Assembly: GCA_018715175.1 (NCBI GenBank)
Contig: DVME01000102.1
Location: 69 to 64,068 of the forward strand
Origin: Candidatus Limiplasma stercoravium
Lineage (GTDB): Bacteria; Bacillota; Clostridia; Christensenellales; Aristaeellaceae
Direction: 5' to 3'
DNA: 64,000 nucleotides
The stretch's first letter is position 1. The number at the start of each line of letters is the position of its first letter. The notes under the pieces are model-generated. The model was given only the letters and a program-made list of their open reading frames with translations. It was not told the DNA's origin and ran no database searches. The position numbers and the translations under genes are program-made. Below are positions 34,092 through 42,269 of this stretch, one piece after another.

Positions 34092-35107
34092 CGCGCGCTT
34101 CCTCCCGCGCGAACGCGGATGAGCTGCGCCGCAATGCTGATGGCGATTTCGGCCGGCGTTTCGGAAGCGATGTTCAACCCGATGGGCGTGAGGATGCGCG
34201 CGATCTCGCTTTCAGCGAAGCCCATCGCCTTCAGCTTGGCCGCGGCGTCCGCCGCCTTTGCCGCGCTGCCGATGACGCCGATGTAGCGCGCGGGCGTTCT
34301 CAAAACCTGGGCCTGAATGATCAGGTCGTCCTTGTGTCCGCGCGACATGACGCACACGTAATCGTCCGCCGTAATTTGAACCGCGGATGACAAATTGGAA
34401 AAATCCGCCTCGCGCACCTCTTCCGCGCCGGGGAAAAGCGAAGCATCCAGGAATTCTCGGCGGCTTTCCAGCACCACGCAGCGAAAATCCACCCCGGCCA
34501 GCACAGGGGTCAGCGCCTGCGCCACGTGGCCGCCGCCAAAGATGTACACACGCCCCGGGCGCACCAGGCGCTCGAGAAAGTAAACGCGCCCTTGGGCCTG
34601 CACGCATACCGGCCTGGCGGCTCTTTGCGCCACAACCTCGTCGGGAAGCTTAGCGCCCGTCACATGGCCGCCTGCGTCAATGGCGCTGAAACCGCCCTCG
34701 CCTCCCGGGGTGATGTCCTGCGCCAAATAGCCTTCCTCACCGGCTTTGTCCATCTCCAGCAGCGCGTTCAGCGCGGGCGTCAGACGCGGCGCGTCGTTGC
34801 TGCCATACGGCTGAATGACCACCTGTACCCTTCCGCCGCAAACCATATCCGCGCCGCCGGCGCTCGCGTCCAACTCATAGGTTTGCAATTGCGGGATTCC
34901 CTTGGCAAGCGCCTCGGCGGACTGCCGGATGCATTGGTATTCCACCACGCCGCCGCCCACAGTACCGCAAACGCGGCCCCGGCGGTCGCACAGCATGCGC
35001 GCGCCCGCGCCTCTGGGCGTGGAGCCCTGGGCATGAACCACCGTGGAAAGCGCTGCGTTCCCGCCGTGCAAGAGGCATTTCATCATTTGCTCCCACAATT
35101 CGCGCAT
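34088..35107 (-). CDS. XdhC/CoxI-family protein (cofactor-insertion chaperone family)
   Basis: Starts MRELWEQ after AAGGAGG. XdhC N-domain block ALSTVVHAQGSTPRGAGARML...GTVGGG. Rossmann-like C-domain block VYIFGGGHVAQAL. Confidence 0.8.
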   Translation of the reverse strand: MRELWEQMMKCLLHGGNAALSTVVHAQGSTPRGAGARMLCDRRGRVCGTVGGGVVEYQCIRQSAEALAKGIPQLQTYELDASAGGADMVCGGRVQVVIQPYGSNDAPRLTPALNALLEMDKAGEEGYLAQDITPGGEGGFSAIDAGGHVTGAKLPDEVVAQRAARPVCVQAQGRVYFLERLVRPGRVYIFGGGHVAQALTPVLAGVDFRCVVLESRREFLDASLFPGAEEVREADFSNLSSAVQITADDYVCVMSRGHKDDLIIQAQVLRTPARYIGVIGSAAKAADAAAKLKAMGFAESEIARILTPIGLNIASETPAEIAISIAAQLIRVRAGGSAR

Positions 35108-35138
35108 CAAGCGACCTCCTTGACACTTTGTTTTTCCC

Positions 35139-35168
35139 ATCATATCATATTTTTTGATAAATCAACAA
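35139..35168 (-). promoter_or_regulatory. Candidate promoter of the XdhC-importer operon (TTGTTG-18-TGATATGAT, minus strand)
   Basis: It lies in the AT-rich divergent intergenic region. The 5' UTR is short, with no riboswitch-sized leader. Confidence 0.4.
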
Positions 35169-35219
35169 GCCACTCCCCACAAAGCGGATGGATTTTGTTC
35201 AAATTTGGCATTTTCTCTT

Positions 35220-35246
35220 TTGTAAAAATTAGTTATCTGATATAAT
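35220..35246 (+). promoter_or_regulatory. Candidate promoter of HTH paralog C (TTGTAA, extended -10 TGATATAAT)
   Basis: TTGTAA at 35220..35225 and TGATATAAT at 35238..35246. The 15-nt spacer is short, so this probably relies on the extended -10. Confidence 0.45.
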
Positions 35247-35286
35247 CATTGAAACAACAGACCGCATCAACAAGGAGGCTGTCGCC

Positions 35287-36705
35287 ATGCCCGTGCCGAG
35301 GACTTTTGCGCAATGTCTGACTTCTCTGATGCAGGAGCGCCAGCTGACGGCTTCAGCCCTGGGCGCGCGTATCGGCATGCGCGCCGATCTTCGCCGCGTG
35401 CTGGAGGACGAGGCCACGCCGTCCCGTCAGGCGGCGGTTTTTCGCCGTTTGTGCGAAGGCGCGTTCTTTAGCGAGGCGCAACAGCAGCAGCTGCGAAACG
35501 CGCTCGAGGTCAGCCGCATGGGAATCGACCGCTACCTTACCTTTACTTCCATGGACAAGCTGCTGGGCTTTGCGCCAATGGACGCGCATGCCGAACCGAG
35601 GGTTCTGGGCGGCGAGGCCCTCAGCCGATACTTTGAAACCTGGGTTCAATCGGACTGCCTGGACATTATCCTGATTAACGGCTGCCATCCGGCGCTGCTG
35701 GGCGCCTTGGCCACGCTTTTTTCGGATCGCAACCGTCCCATGCGCATGGATCATTACGTACAGCTGGACAAACCGGGCAACGATCCCGCCAGCTTTTTGC
35801 TATCGGCCGCGCCCATGCTCTTTGATCCGCGCTACACCCCCTACGGCGTCCACGCTTCCATCGCTAACCAGCATGAGATTACGGGGCATTTTTTGCTGGT
35901 TCGCGCCGTGCGCGGGGATCGCGCGCGGCAATGGTTTTTTTTGATCAATGCGGACGCGACGGCTTACGAGCTCGCCAACGCCGGGCGCGTGGACATTTTC
36001 GCCTTCGTCCAGCGCATTCTGGGCGATCTCACGCCCAGCCCCTTGATGCTCAAGGAATTCCAATCCGGGAAGCCGGACTATCTATCCTTCCTGATGCAAT
36101 GCCTCCGCCGCGAGCTCAACCGCTCCACGTACAGCTTGTCTTCCAACCTCTGCCTGTGCAAGACGCCTACGGACATCCTGCTCAACAGCTTTTGCGAAGG
36201 CGGGGTCATGCCGTCCCAGGACGTGGAAAAAATGATCAACAAAGCGCTGCCGGTATTCAAAAAGCGCTATTACAATTGGTTTCACCGCTCCAAACCGGTT
36301 TACGACATCTTTACCAGCCAGGGCGTTGACACGCTGATGGAAACCGGTTGCCTTTGCGATCACTTTTTCGCCATGCGGCCCTTTACGCCTGCTGAACGGC
36401 TGGAAATCCTGCGCCAACAGCTGCTTTTCGCCCAGGCGAACCCGCGCTATGACATGCGTATGCTCAAGCGGGAATACTCGCCGCGCTTTCTGTTTGTCTG
36501 CTATGAAAACCTTTGCGTCTCGCTGGTTCCTAGCAGCGTGGACTATAACCTGACAAACGGTTACGATCAGGTGACGTTCAGCATGCCCGGCTTTGTCCGC
36601 TTGCTGCGGGAATACTTTTTGGAGGTGCTTGTGCCCAATTATTGCCACACAAGGGAAGCCTCTTTGGAATATTTGAGGCAGGCGCTGGCGCGGTACGGGG
36701 GCTAG
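35287..36705 (+). CDS. Uncharacterised ~470-aa XRE-HTH protein (paralog C)
   Basis: 472 aa. N-terminus FAQCLTSLMQERQLTASALGARIGMRADLRRVLEDE. Collinear with ORFs 135..1565 and 1584..2984. Confidence 0.7.
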   Translation: MPVPRTFAQCLTSLMQERQLTASALGARIGMRADLRRVLEDEATPSRQAAVFRRLCEGAFFSEAQQQQLRNALEVSRMGIDRYLTFTSMDKLLGFAPMDAHAEPRVLGGEALSRYFETWVQSDCLDIILINGCHPALLGALATLFSDRNRPMRMDHYVQLDKPGNDPASFLLSAAPMLFDPRYTPYGVHASIANQHEITGHFLLVRAVRGDRARQWFFLINADATAYELANAGRVDIFAFVQRILGDLTPSPLMLKEFQSGKPDYLSFLMQCLRRELNRSTYSLSSNLCLCKTPTDILLNSFCEGGVMPSQDVEKMINKALPVFKKRYYNWFHRSKPVYDIFTSQGVDTLMETGCLCDHFFAMRPFTPAERLEILRQQLLFAQANPRYDMRMLKREYSPRFLFVCYENLCVSLVPSSVDYNLTNGYDQVTFSMPGFVRLLREYFLEVLVPNYCHTREASLEYLRQALARYGG

Positions 36706-36731
36706 GGCCTGTCCGGGAGGAACTGGCTTTC

Positions 36732-38678
36732 CTAGGCCGGCTCGACCGGCAGATGCATGTGCTCGTCCGCCTCCTGCCAAGGCACCAGATAGCCCGCCCC
36801 GTGAGAACAAAATACGCTGTGAGGCGTTTGGTCGGTATCGGCCAAGGCGTTGTACGCGATCTCGGCTATGACCGCCTCCGCATTGTGGCAGGGCTCGTAT
36901 CCGTCCGCTACAAGCTGAATGTCGCCCCGGCCGCGCGTGAGGGCGCGAAGCGCGGGCGGATACGCCATCATCGTTTGAACCGGGCCGCGTCCCGTCAGGC
37001 GCACGTCGTCTTCCATGGGCTCCGGCGGATCGTAGCACGCGCTCATGGATGTCAGGTCGGTCATCACGCGGCCCAAACAATCCGTCGGTACGGTCAGAAC
37101 GAAAGCATAATACGGCTCCAGCAGCACGCTTTGCGCCTTGAAAAGCGCCTGGCGGATGGCGCGGTAAACCGCCTGCCGAAAGTCTCCGCCTTCGGTGTGC
37201 TTAAGATGCGCCCGCCCGGATAGCAGTTCCACCCTCACATCCGTCAGCGGCGCGCCGGTCAGGACGCCCCGATGTTCCCGCTCCAAAACGTGCGTGCCGA
37301 TCAGCCGCTGATAGTGTAGCGGCAGGTCGTTGACGTGGCACCGGCTTTCAAAGACAACGCCGCTTCCCCTTTCGCCCGGGCTGAGGCGCAAATGCACCTC
37401 CGCGTAATGGCGAAGCGGCTCGTAATGCCCGCATCCTACCACCGGCGCGGCCACGGTTTCATGATACAGCACCAGCGGCTCCCGAAAGCGCGCCTCGATG
37501 CCAAAGCGCCGCCGGAGCAGCTGAGAAAGCACCTCGGTTTGCACCGTGCCCATCACGCGGGCCGTCACGGTCGCGTTTTGCGGCTCCCAGCCGACGCTGA
37601 GCGTCGGCTCTTCCTCCTCCAATGTTCGCATGGCGCTCAAAAGCGCGTGCGGCGTTGCTCCCTGAGCGGCCTCCACGCGGGCGCTGAGCACCGACGCGGT
37701 GGCGAACGCCCTGGCAGGGGCCGTCCACACGCCGTCGCGCAGCATATCTCCGCAGCGCGGCGTCGACCAACCGGTCACGCCGACCGCGTCGCCCGGGCCG
37801 GCTTGCTCCAAGGAAGAAAACGCCGCGCCGCGGTAGAGGCGCAGCTGATGCACTTTTTCCACGCCGTCGCCGACGCGCAGGGCGTCTCTGGGCCGAAGGG
37901 ATCCCGAAAACAGGCGCACAAAAGTAACGCGCTCGCCGCTTGGATCGCGGCGCACCTTGTAGACCACGCCGTCCAAGCCGGAGCAGTCAGGCGCCTGAAA
38001 ATCGCTCAGCCGTGCCAACGTCTCCAGCAGTTCTTTCACGCCCGTGCCGCTCAGCGCCGCTCCCGAAAGCACCGGAAACGCCTCCCGCCGATGAAAGCGC
38101 CGCGCCAGCGTTTCCCAAGCTGTTTCGCGGGTGGCGGTTGCGTTGAGATACGCCTCGCAAAACGCGTCGTCGATCATCGAGAGCGCTTCCATGTCCGGCA
38201 TACCGTCTGTAAGCGCGACCAAAGCGGGGCTGAGGCGCCGCTTGGCCTGGCGCAAGGTTGATTGCAGATCGCAGGACGGCAAATCCGTCTTGTTGATAAA
38301 CAGAAGAACCGGCAAGCGGTAACGCGCGGCCAGCGAAAACAGCGAGGCGGTATGCGCCTGTATGCCCGAAGCGCCGTCCACCACCAGGATGGCCAAATCC
38401 ATGGCCAGCATCGCGCGCTCGGTTTCGCCGCCAAAATCGGCGTGCCCCGGCGTGTCAATCAGCGTCATGCGTCGGCCTTCCAGCTCAAATGCCGCTTGAT
38501 CGGAAAAGACGGTAATGCCCCTTTCCCGTTCAATTTCGTCTGCATCCAGCGCCGCCGTGCCGTAATCCACGCGCCCAAGAGCGCGCACCACGCCGCAGGC
38601 GTGCAGGATGCGCTCGCTCAACGTGGTTTTGCCGGCGTCCACATGCGCCAAAATTCCAAACGCGCACGGTCGTTTCAT
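36732..38678 (-). CDS. Translation-factor-family GTPase (TetM/TetO/EF-G-like paralog)
   Basis: G1 AHVDAGKTT, G2 RGIT, G3 DTPGHADF, G4 NKTD. The 648-aa length resembles ribosomal protection proteins. Similarity to Tet(M)/(W) looks distant, so I make no resistance claim. Confidence 0.8.
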   Translation of the reverse strand: MKRPCAFGILAHVDAGKTTLSERILHACGVVRALGRVDYGTAALDADEIERERGITVFSDQAAFELEGRRMTLIDTPGHADFGGETERAMLAMDLAILVVDGASGIQAHTASLFSLAARYRLPVLLFINKTDLPSCDLQSTLRQAKRRLSPALVALTDGMPDMEALSMIDDAFCEAYLNATATRETAWETLARRFHRREAFPVLSGAALSGTGVKELLETLARLSDFQAPDCSGLDGVVYKVRRDPSGERVTFVRLFSGSLRPRDALRVGDGVEKVHQLRLYRGAAFSSLEQAGPGDAVGVTGWSTPRCGDMLRDGVWTAPARAFATASVLSARVEAAQGATPHALLSAMRTLEEEEPTLSVGWEPQNATVTARVMGTVQTEVLSQLLRRRFGIEARFREPLVLYHETVAAPVVGCGHYEPLRHYAEVHLRLSPGERGSGVVFESRCHVNDLPLHYQRLIGTHVLEREHRGVLTGAPLTDVRVELLSGRAHLKHTEGGDFRQAVYRAIRQALFKAQSVLLEPYYAFVLTVPTDCLGRVMTDLTSMSACYDPPEPMEDDVRLTGRGPVQTMMAYPPALRALTRGRGDIQLVADGYEPCHNAEAVIAEIAYNALADTDQTPHSVFCSHGAGYLVPWQEADEHMHLPVEPA

Positions 38679-38688
38679 AGGCGGCCTC

Positions 38689-39858
38689 CTACTTGAACAC
38701 CTGATAAATCCCGCATTTCAGATATTGCGTCTCAGGCGCCGAAGGCAATATGGGATGGTCGCGCCCCTGTGTGCGCCACTCCATTTGGCGCAGTTGCACC
38801 CGCGCGTCTTTTTGCGCGTCCAAGAGCATCTTCTGAAATAGCGGCGGCGTCACGTGCTGGCTGCATGAGCAGGTAACCAAAAATCCGCCGTCTTTCAAGA
38901 GCTTCATGGCCCGCAAATTGATTTCCTTATAGCCGCGCAGGGCGCCTTCCACGGCCGAGCGCGTTTTGGCGAAGGCCGGCGGATCCAGGATGACGACGTC
39001 GTAACGGCGTTTTTCCTCCAGGCTAGCGCGCAGAAAATCAAAGGCGTTGGCGCATGTGAAATCCACGCGATCCGTCACGCCGTTCAGCCGCGCGTTCTCC
39101 TGGGCGCAGAGGCAGGCGTGCTCGCTGATGTCCACGCCCAAGACCTCCTTGGCGCCATACCGGGCCGCATGCAGCGCAAAGCTGCCCGTATGCGTAAAGC
39201 AGTCCAGCACGCTTGCGTCGCGCACAATGGGCGCGATCGCGGCACGGTTTTCCTTCTGATCCAGGAAAAAGCCGGTCTTTTGGCCTTGGCGCACATCCAC
39301 CAAAAACCGAACGCCGTTTTCCTGAATTTCCACACGCTCAGGTACGGCGCCATACAAAAGGCCCGTGCGCTGCTCCAGGCCCTCCAGTTCGCGCACAGGT
39401 ACGTCGTTTCGCTCGTAAACGCCCATGGGATGCAGCTCTTCCACCAGCGCGCTTACCAGCTCTTCTTTGAACGGCTCCATGCCCCGGCAGAGAATTTGCA
39501 GGACAATCACGCCGCCAAAGCTATCGGCAATCACCGCGGGCAAGCCGTCGCTTTCGGCAAACAGCAAGCGGCAGCTGTTGAGGTCGGCAAACAGGCGGCG
39601 GTACGCCAGGGCGCGCTTGACGCGGCCCCGGATGAACGCGCCGTCAATGACTTCCTCCCGGCGGCTGAGAACGCGCAGGCTGATCATGGAAAGCGGGTTA
39701 TAGACCGCCATGGCCAAAAAAGCGCCTTTGGACGAGAACACGCGCGCAACGCCGTCCGTTTCCGGGCCGGTCACGCGGTCGATATCGCTGCGAAAAATCC
39801 AAGGATGTCCGCCATATACGCGCTGTTCCTTTCCCCTGTGCAAAAAAATATCGATCAT
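38689..39858 (-). CDS. Class I SAM-dependent rRNA methyltransferase (RlmI/YwbD-like, PUA + MTase)
   Basis: N-terminus LHRGKEQRVYGGHPWIFRSDI. SAM motif VLDCFTHTGSFALHAA. DVVILDPPAF block. Confidence 0.8.
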   Translation of the reverse strand: MIDIFLHRGKEQRVYGGHPWIFRSDIDRVTGPETDGVARVFSSKGAFLAMAVYNPLSMISLRVLSRREEVIDGAFIRGRVKRALAYRRLFADLNSCRLLFAESDGLPAVIADSFGGVIVLQILCRGMEPFKEELVSALVEELHPMGVYERNDVPVRELEGLEQRTGLLYGAVPERVEIQENGVRFLVDVRQGQKTGFFLDQKENRAAIAPIVRDASVLDCFTHTGSFALHAARYGAKEVLGVDISEHACLCAQENARLNGVTDRVDFTCANAFDFLRASLEEKRRYDVVILDPPAFAKTRSAVEGALRGYKEINLRAMKLLKDGGFLVTCSCSQHVTPPLFQKMLLDAQKDARVQLRQMEWRTQGRDHPILPSAPETQYLKCGIYQVFK

Positions 39859-39960
39859 AAGCCCCTCCCCGTCGTACTATGTGCATTATAACACACTTTT
39901 CGCAATTGACCAACCACTCCAAAGGCTGTGAAAACAAACTGTGAACAATGGTTCGGTTTC

Positions 39961-39989
39961 TTGACGTTGCCAGTTGCAAAGGTTAAAAT
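39961..39989 (+). promoter_or_regulatory. Promoter of the ABC exporter operon (TTGACG-17-TAAAAT)
   Basis: TTGACG at 39961..39966 and TAAAAT at 39984..39989. Confidence 0.55.
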
Positions 39990-40055
39990 ATCCTTTAATC
40001 GTTCATAGGAACGTGGGCTTTTTGCGCATCATACGGGGGGAGGGAAACCGCAAGC

Positions 40056-42269
40056 ATGCATAAAATGTTTAAGCACCTCAAGCCCTACGCCTGGATGCTG
40101 GCGGTCATTGTGGCGCTCTTGGTAGTGCAGGCCATGAGCGAGCTCACGCTGCCCACCTACACAGCGGCCATTGTGGACGTTGGCATCCAGCAGCAAGGCA
40201 TCCAGCACAGCGCCCCCGACGCTGTGCGCGCCAGCGTGTTGAATTCGCTTGCGCCGTGGATGGAAGGGGCGGAGGCGTATTACGAGCCGGCGGACGCGGA
40301 AACGCTTTCGCGCCTGGGCGTCACGCTCCAGGATGAAGAAGTGATGGTTCGCCAGGAGGTGGACGAGGAAGTCCTGAGCGAGCTGGACGAGCAATTTGAC
40401 CGCGCCTGGACGCTGGAGGCGATGGTCGAAGGCTCGGGCGATCTGGACCTGAGCTCCTACTTTGGCCAGGATCTCGATACCAGCCTTTCCGCCGGCGAAG
40501 CGGCGTCCCTGCTTGCCTCGCTCAGCGCCTCGCAGCGCTCTGCGGTGTTGAAAGCCGTCGACGAAGCGCTGGACGCGCATTTGCCGCAAGGCACGCTGCG
40601 GCAGGCGGCCATCTCCGCCGTGTGCGGCGAATATGAAGCCCTGGGCATGGATTTGCACGCCATTCAAAACGCCGCCATCTGGCAAAACGGTCTGAAGATG
40701 CTGCTCATCGCCCTTCTGGGAACGGCGGCGGCGGTGGCGGTCGGCTTCTTTGGCAGCCTCACGGCGGCCGGCCTTGGCCGTGATCTCAGGCGCAAGGTGT
40801 TCCATCAGGTTATCCGCTTCAGCCAGCAGGAAATGGATCGCTTTTCCACCGCTTCCCTCATCACCCGTTCCACCAACGACATCCAGCAGGTGCAAAACGT
40901 GACGGTCATGCTGCTTCGCATGGTCATCTACGCGCCCATCATCGGTATTGGCGGCGTGATCAAGGCCCTGAACGCCAACTCGTCCATGGCCTGGGTGATC
41001 GCGCTGGGCGTGGCGCTGGTGATGGCCATCGTGCTGGTCTTGTACTTGCTGGGCATGCCGCGCTTTAAGCGCATGCAAAAGCAGATCGACGACGTGAACC
41101 GCGTCATGCGCGAAACCCTGACCGGCCTGCCGGTCATCCGCGCCTTCTGCACGCAGTCGCGCGAGGAGGAGCGTTTCGACGCGGCGTCCATGGCCTTGAA
41201 AAAAACGCAGCTCTTTGTGGGCCGGCTGATGGGCGGTATGATGCCGCTGATGATGCTGACCATGAACGGCATCAGCGTTCTGATCATGTGGGTGGGCGCG
41301 GGCAGCATCGACGCTGGGGCGATGCAGGTGGGCGATATGCTGGCCTTCATCCAATACACCATGCAGATTATCATGGCGTTTTTGATGATCTCGCTGATGA
41401 GCGTTATGCTTCCCCGTGCCAGCGTATCCGCCGGACGCATTCAGGAGGTTTTGGACACGCCGGAAAGCATTGCAAGTCCGGCTTCGCCGAAGCCTTTTGA
41501 CGACAGCCTGCGCGGTACCGTGACATTCCAGGATGTTCGTTTTCGTTATCCAGGCTCGGAGGAAGACACGCTCAGCCACATCAGCTTTACGGCCCTGCCG
41601 GGGCAAACCACGGCCATCCTGGGCGGAACGGGCTGTGGCAAAAGCACGCTGATCAACCTGATCCCGCGCTTTTACGATGTGACAGAAGGCCAGGTGCTGG
41701 TGGATGGGTGCGACGTGCGCCAGGCCGACCTCAACGCCTTGCGCGACCGCATTGGCTATGTGCCGCAAAAGGGCGTTCTGTTTTCCGGCACGGTAGAAAG
41801 CAACATCGGCTTTGGATCCAAGGACATCGCGCCCGAGCGGGTGCGGGAGGCCGCGCAGATTGCGCAGGCCGAGGGCTTTATTCTCCAGCGGGAGGACGGC
41901 TATCAAAGCGACATCGCACAAGGCGGCGCCAATGTGTCCGGCGGGCAAAAGCAGCGCCTGTCCATTGCCAGAGCCGTCGCCAAATCGCCTGAAATCTATC
42001 TTTTCGACGACAGTTTTTCCGCCCTGGACTTCAAAACCGACGCCCAGGTGCGCTCGGCTTTGGCCCAAACACAGCGAGACGCTACGGTAATTGTGGTGGC
42101 CCAGCGCATTTCTACGGTCATGCACGCCCAGCAGATTCTGGTTTTGGATGAAGGCCGTCTCGTGGGCAAGGGAACGCATGCCGAACTGATGCGCGATTGC
42201 GAGATTTACCGTCAAATCGCCATGAGCCAGCTGTCAAAGGAGGAGCTAGAACGTGGAACGCAAGCATAA
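40056..42269 (+). CDS. ABC exporter, fused TMD-NBD half-transporter with enlarged first extracytoplasmic loop
   Basis: 737 aa. Walker A GGTGCGKST, signature VSGGQKQRLSIARA, Walker B IYLFDDSFSALD. About 170 acidic residues lie between TM1 and TM2. Confidence 0.9.
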   Translation: MHKMFKHLKPYAWMLAVIVALLVVQAMSELTLPTYTAAIVDVGIQQQGIQHSAPDAVRASVLNSLAPWMEGAEAYYEPADAETLSRLGVTLQDEEVMVRQEVDEEVLSELDEQFDRAWTLEAMVEGSGDLDLSSYFGQDLDTSLSAGEAASLLASLSASQRSAVLKAVDEALDAHLPQGTLRQAAISAVCGEYEALGMDLHAIQNAAIWQNGLKMLLIALLGTAAAVAVGFFGSLTAAGLGRDLRRKVFHQVIRFSQQEMDRFSTASLITRSTNDIQQVQNVTVMLLRMVIYAPIIGIGGVIKALNANSSMAWVIALGVALVMAIVLVLYLLGMPRFKRMQKQIDDVNRVMRETLTGLPVIRAFCTQSREEERFDAASMALKKTQLFVGRLMGGMMPLMMLTMNGISVLIMWVGAGSIDAGAMQVGDMLAFIQYTMQIIMAFLMISLMSVMLPRASVSAGRIQEVLDTPESIASPASPKPFDDSLRGTVTFQDVRFRYPGSEEDTLSHISFTALPGQTTAILGGTGCGKSTLINLIPRFYDVTEGQVLVDGCDVRQADLNALRDRIGYVPQKGVLFSGTVESNIGFGSKDIAPERVREAAQIAQAEGFILQREDGYQSDIAQGGANVSGGQKQRLSIARAVAKSPEIYLFDDSFSALDFKTDAQVRSALAQTQRDATVIVVAQRISTVMHAQQILVLDEGRLVGKGTHAELMRDCEIYRQIAMSQLSKEELERGTQA

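Noticed and set aside
36732-38678. Calling the GTPase a bona fide tetracycline-resistance ribosomal protection gene (tetM/tetW class).
   Set aside because: Outside the G domain, similarity to Tet(W)/Tet(M) as I recall them is weak. There is also no mobile-element context. Only the family-level call is justified.
39926-39948. CTGTGAAAACAAACTGTGAACAA in the rlmI/ABC-exporter intergenic region. It is a near-direct repeat and shares TGAAAACAAAC with the TetR operator half-site at 29991..30001. I also considered a Rex box (TTGTGAA...TTCACAA).
   Set aside because: There is no inverted partner (TTTGTTTTCA or TTCACAA) nearby, so it fits neither the TetR palindrome nor a Rex site. The similarity is probably chance in AT-rich promoter DNA.
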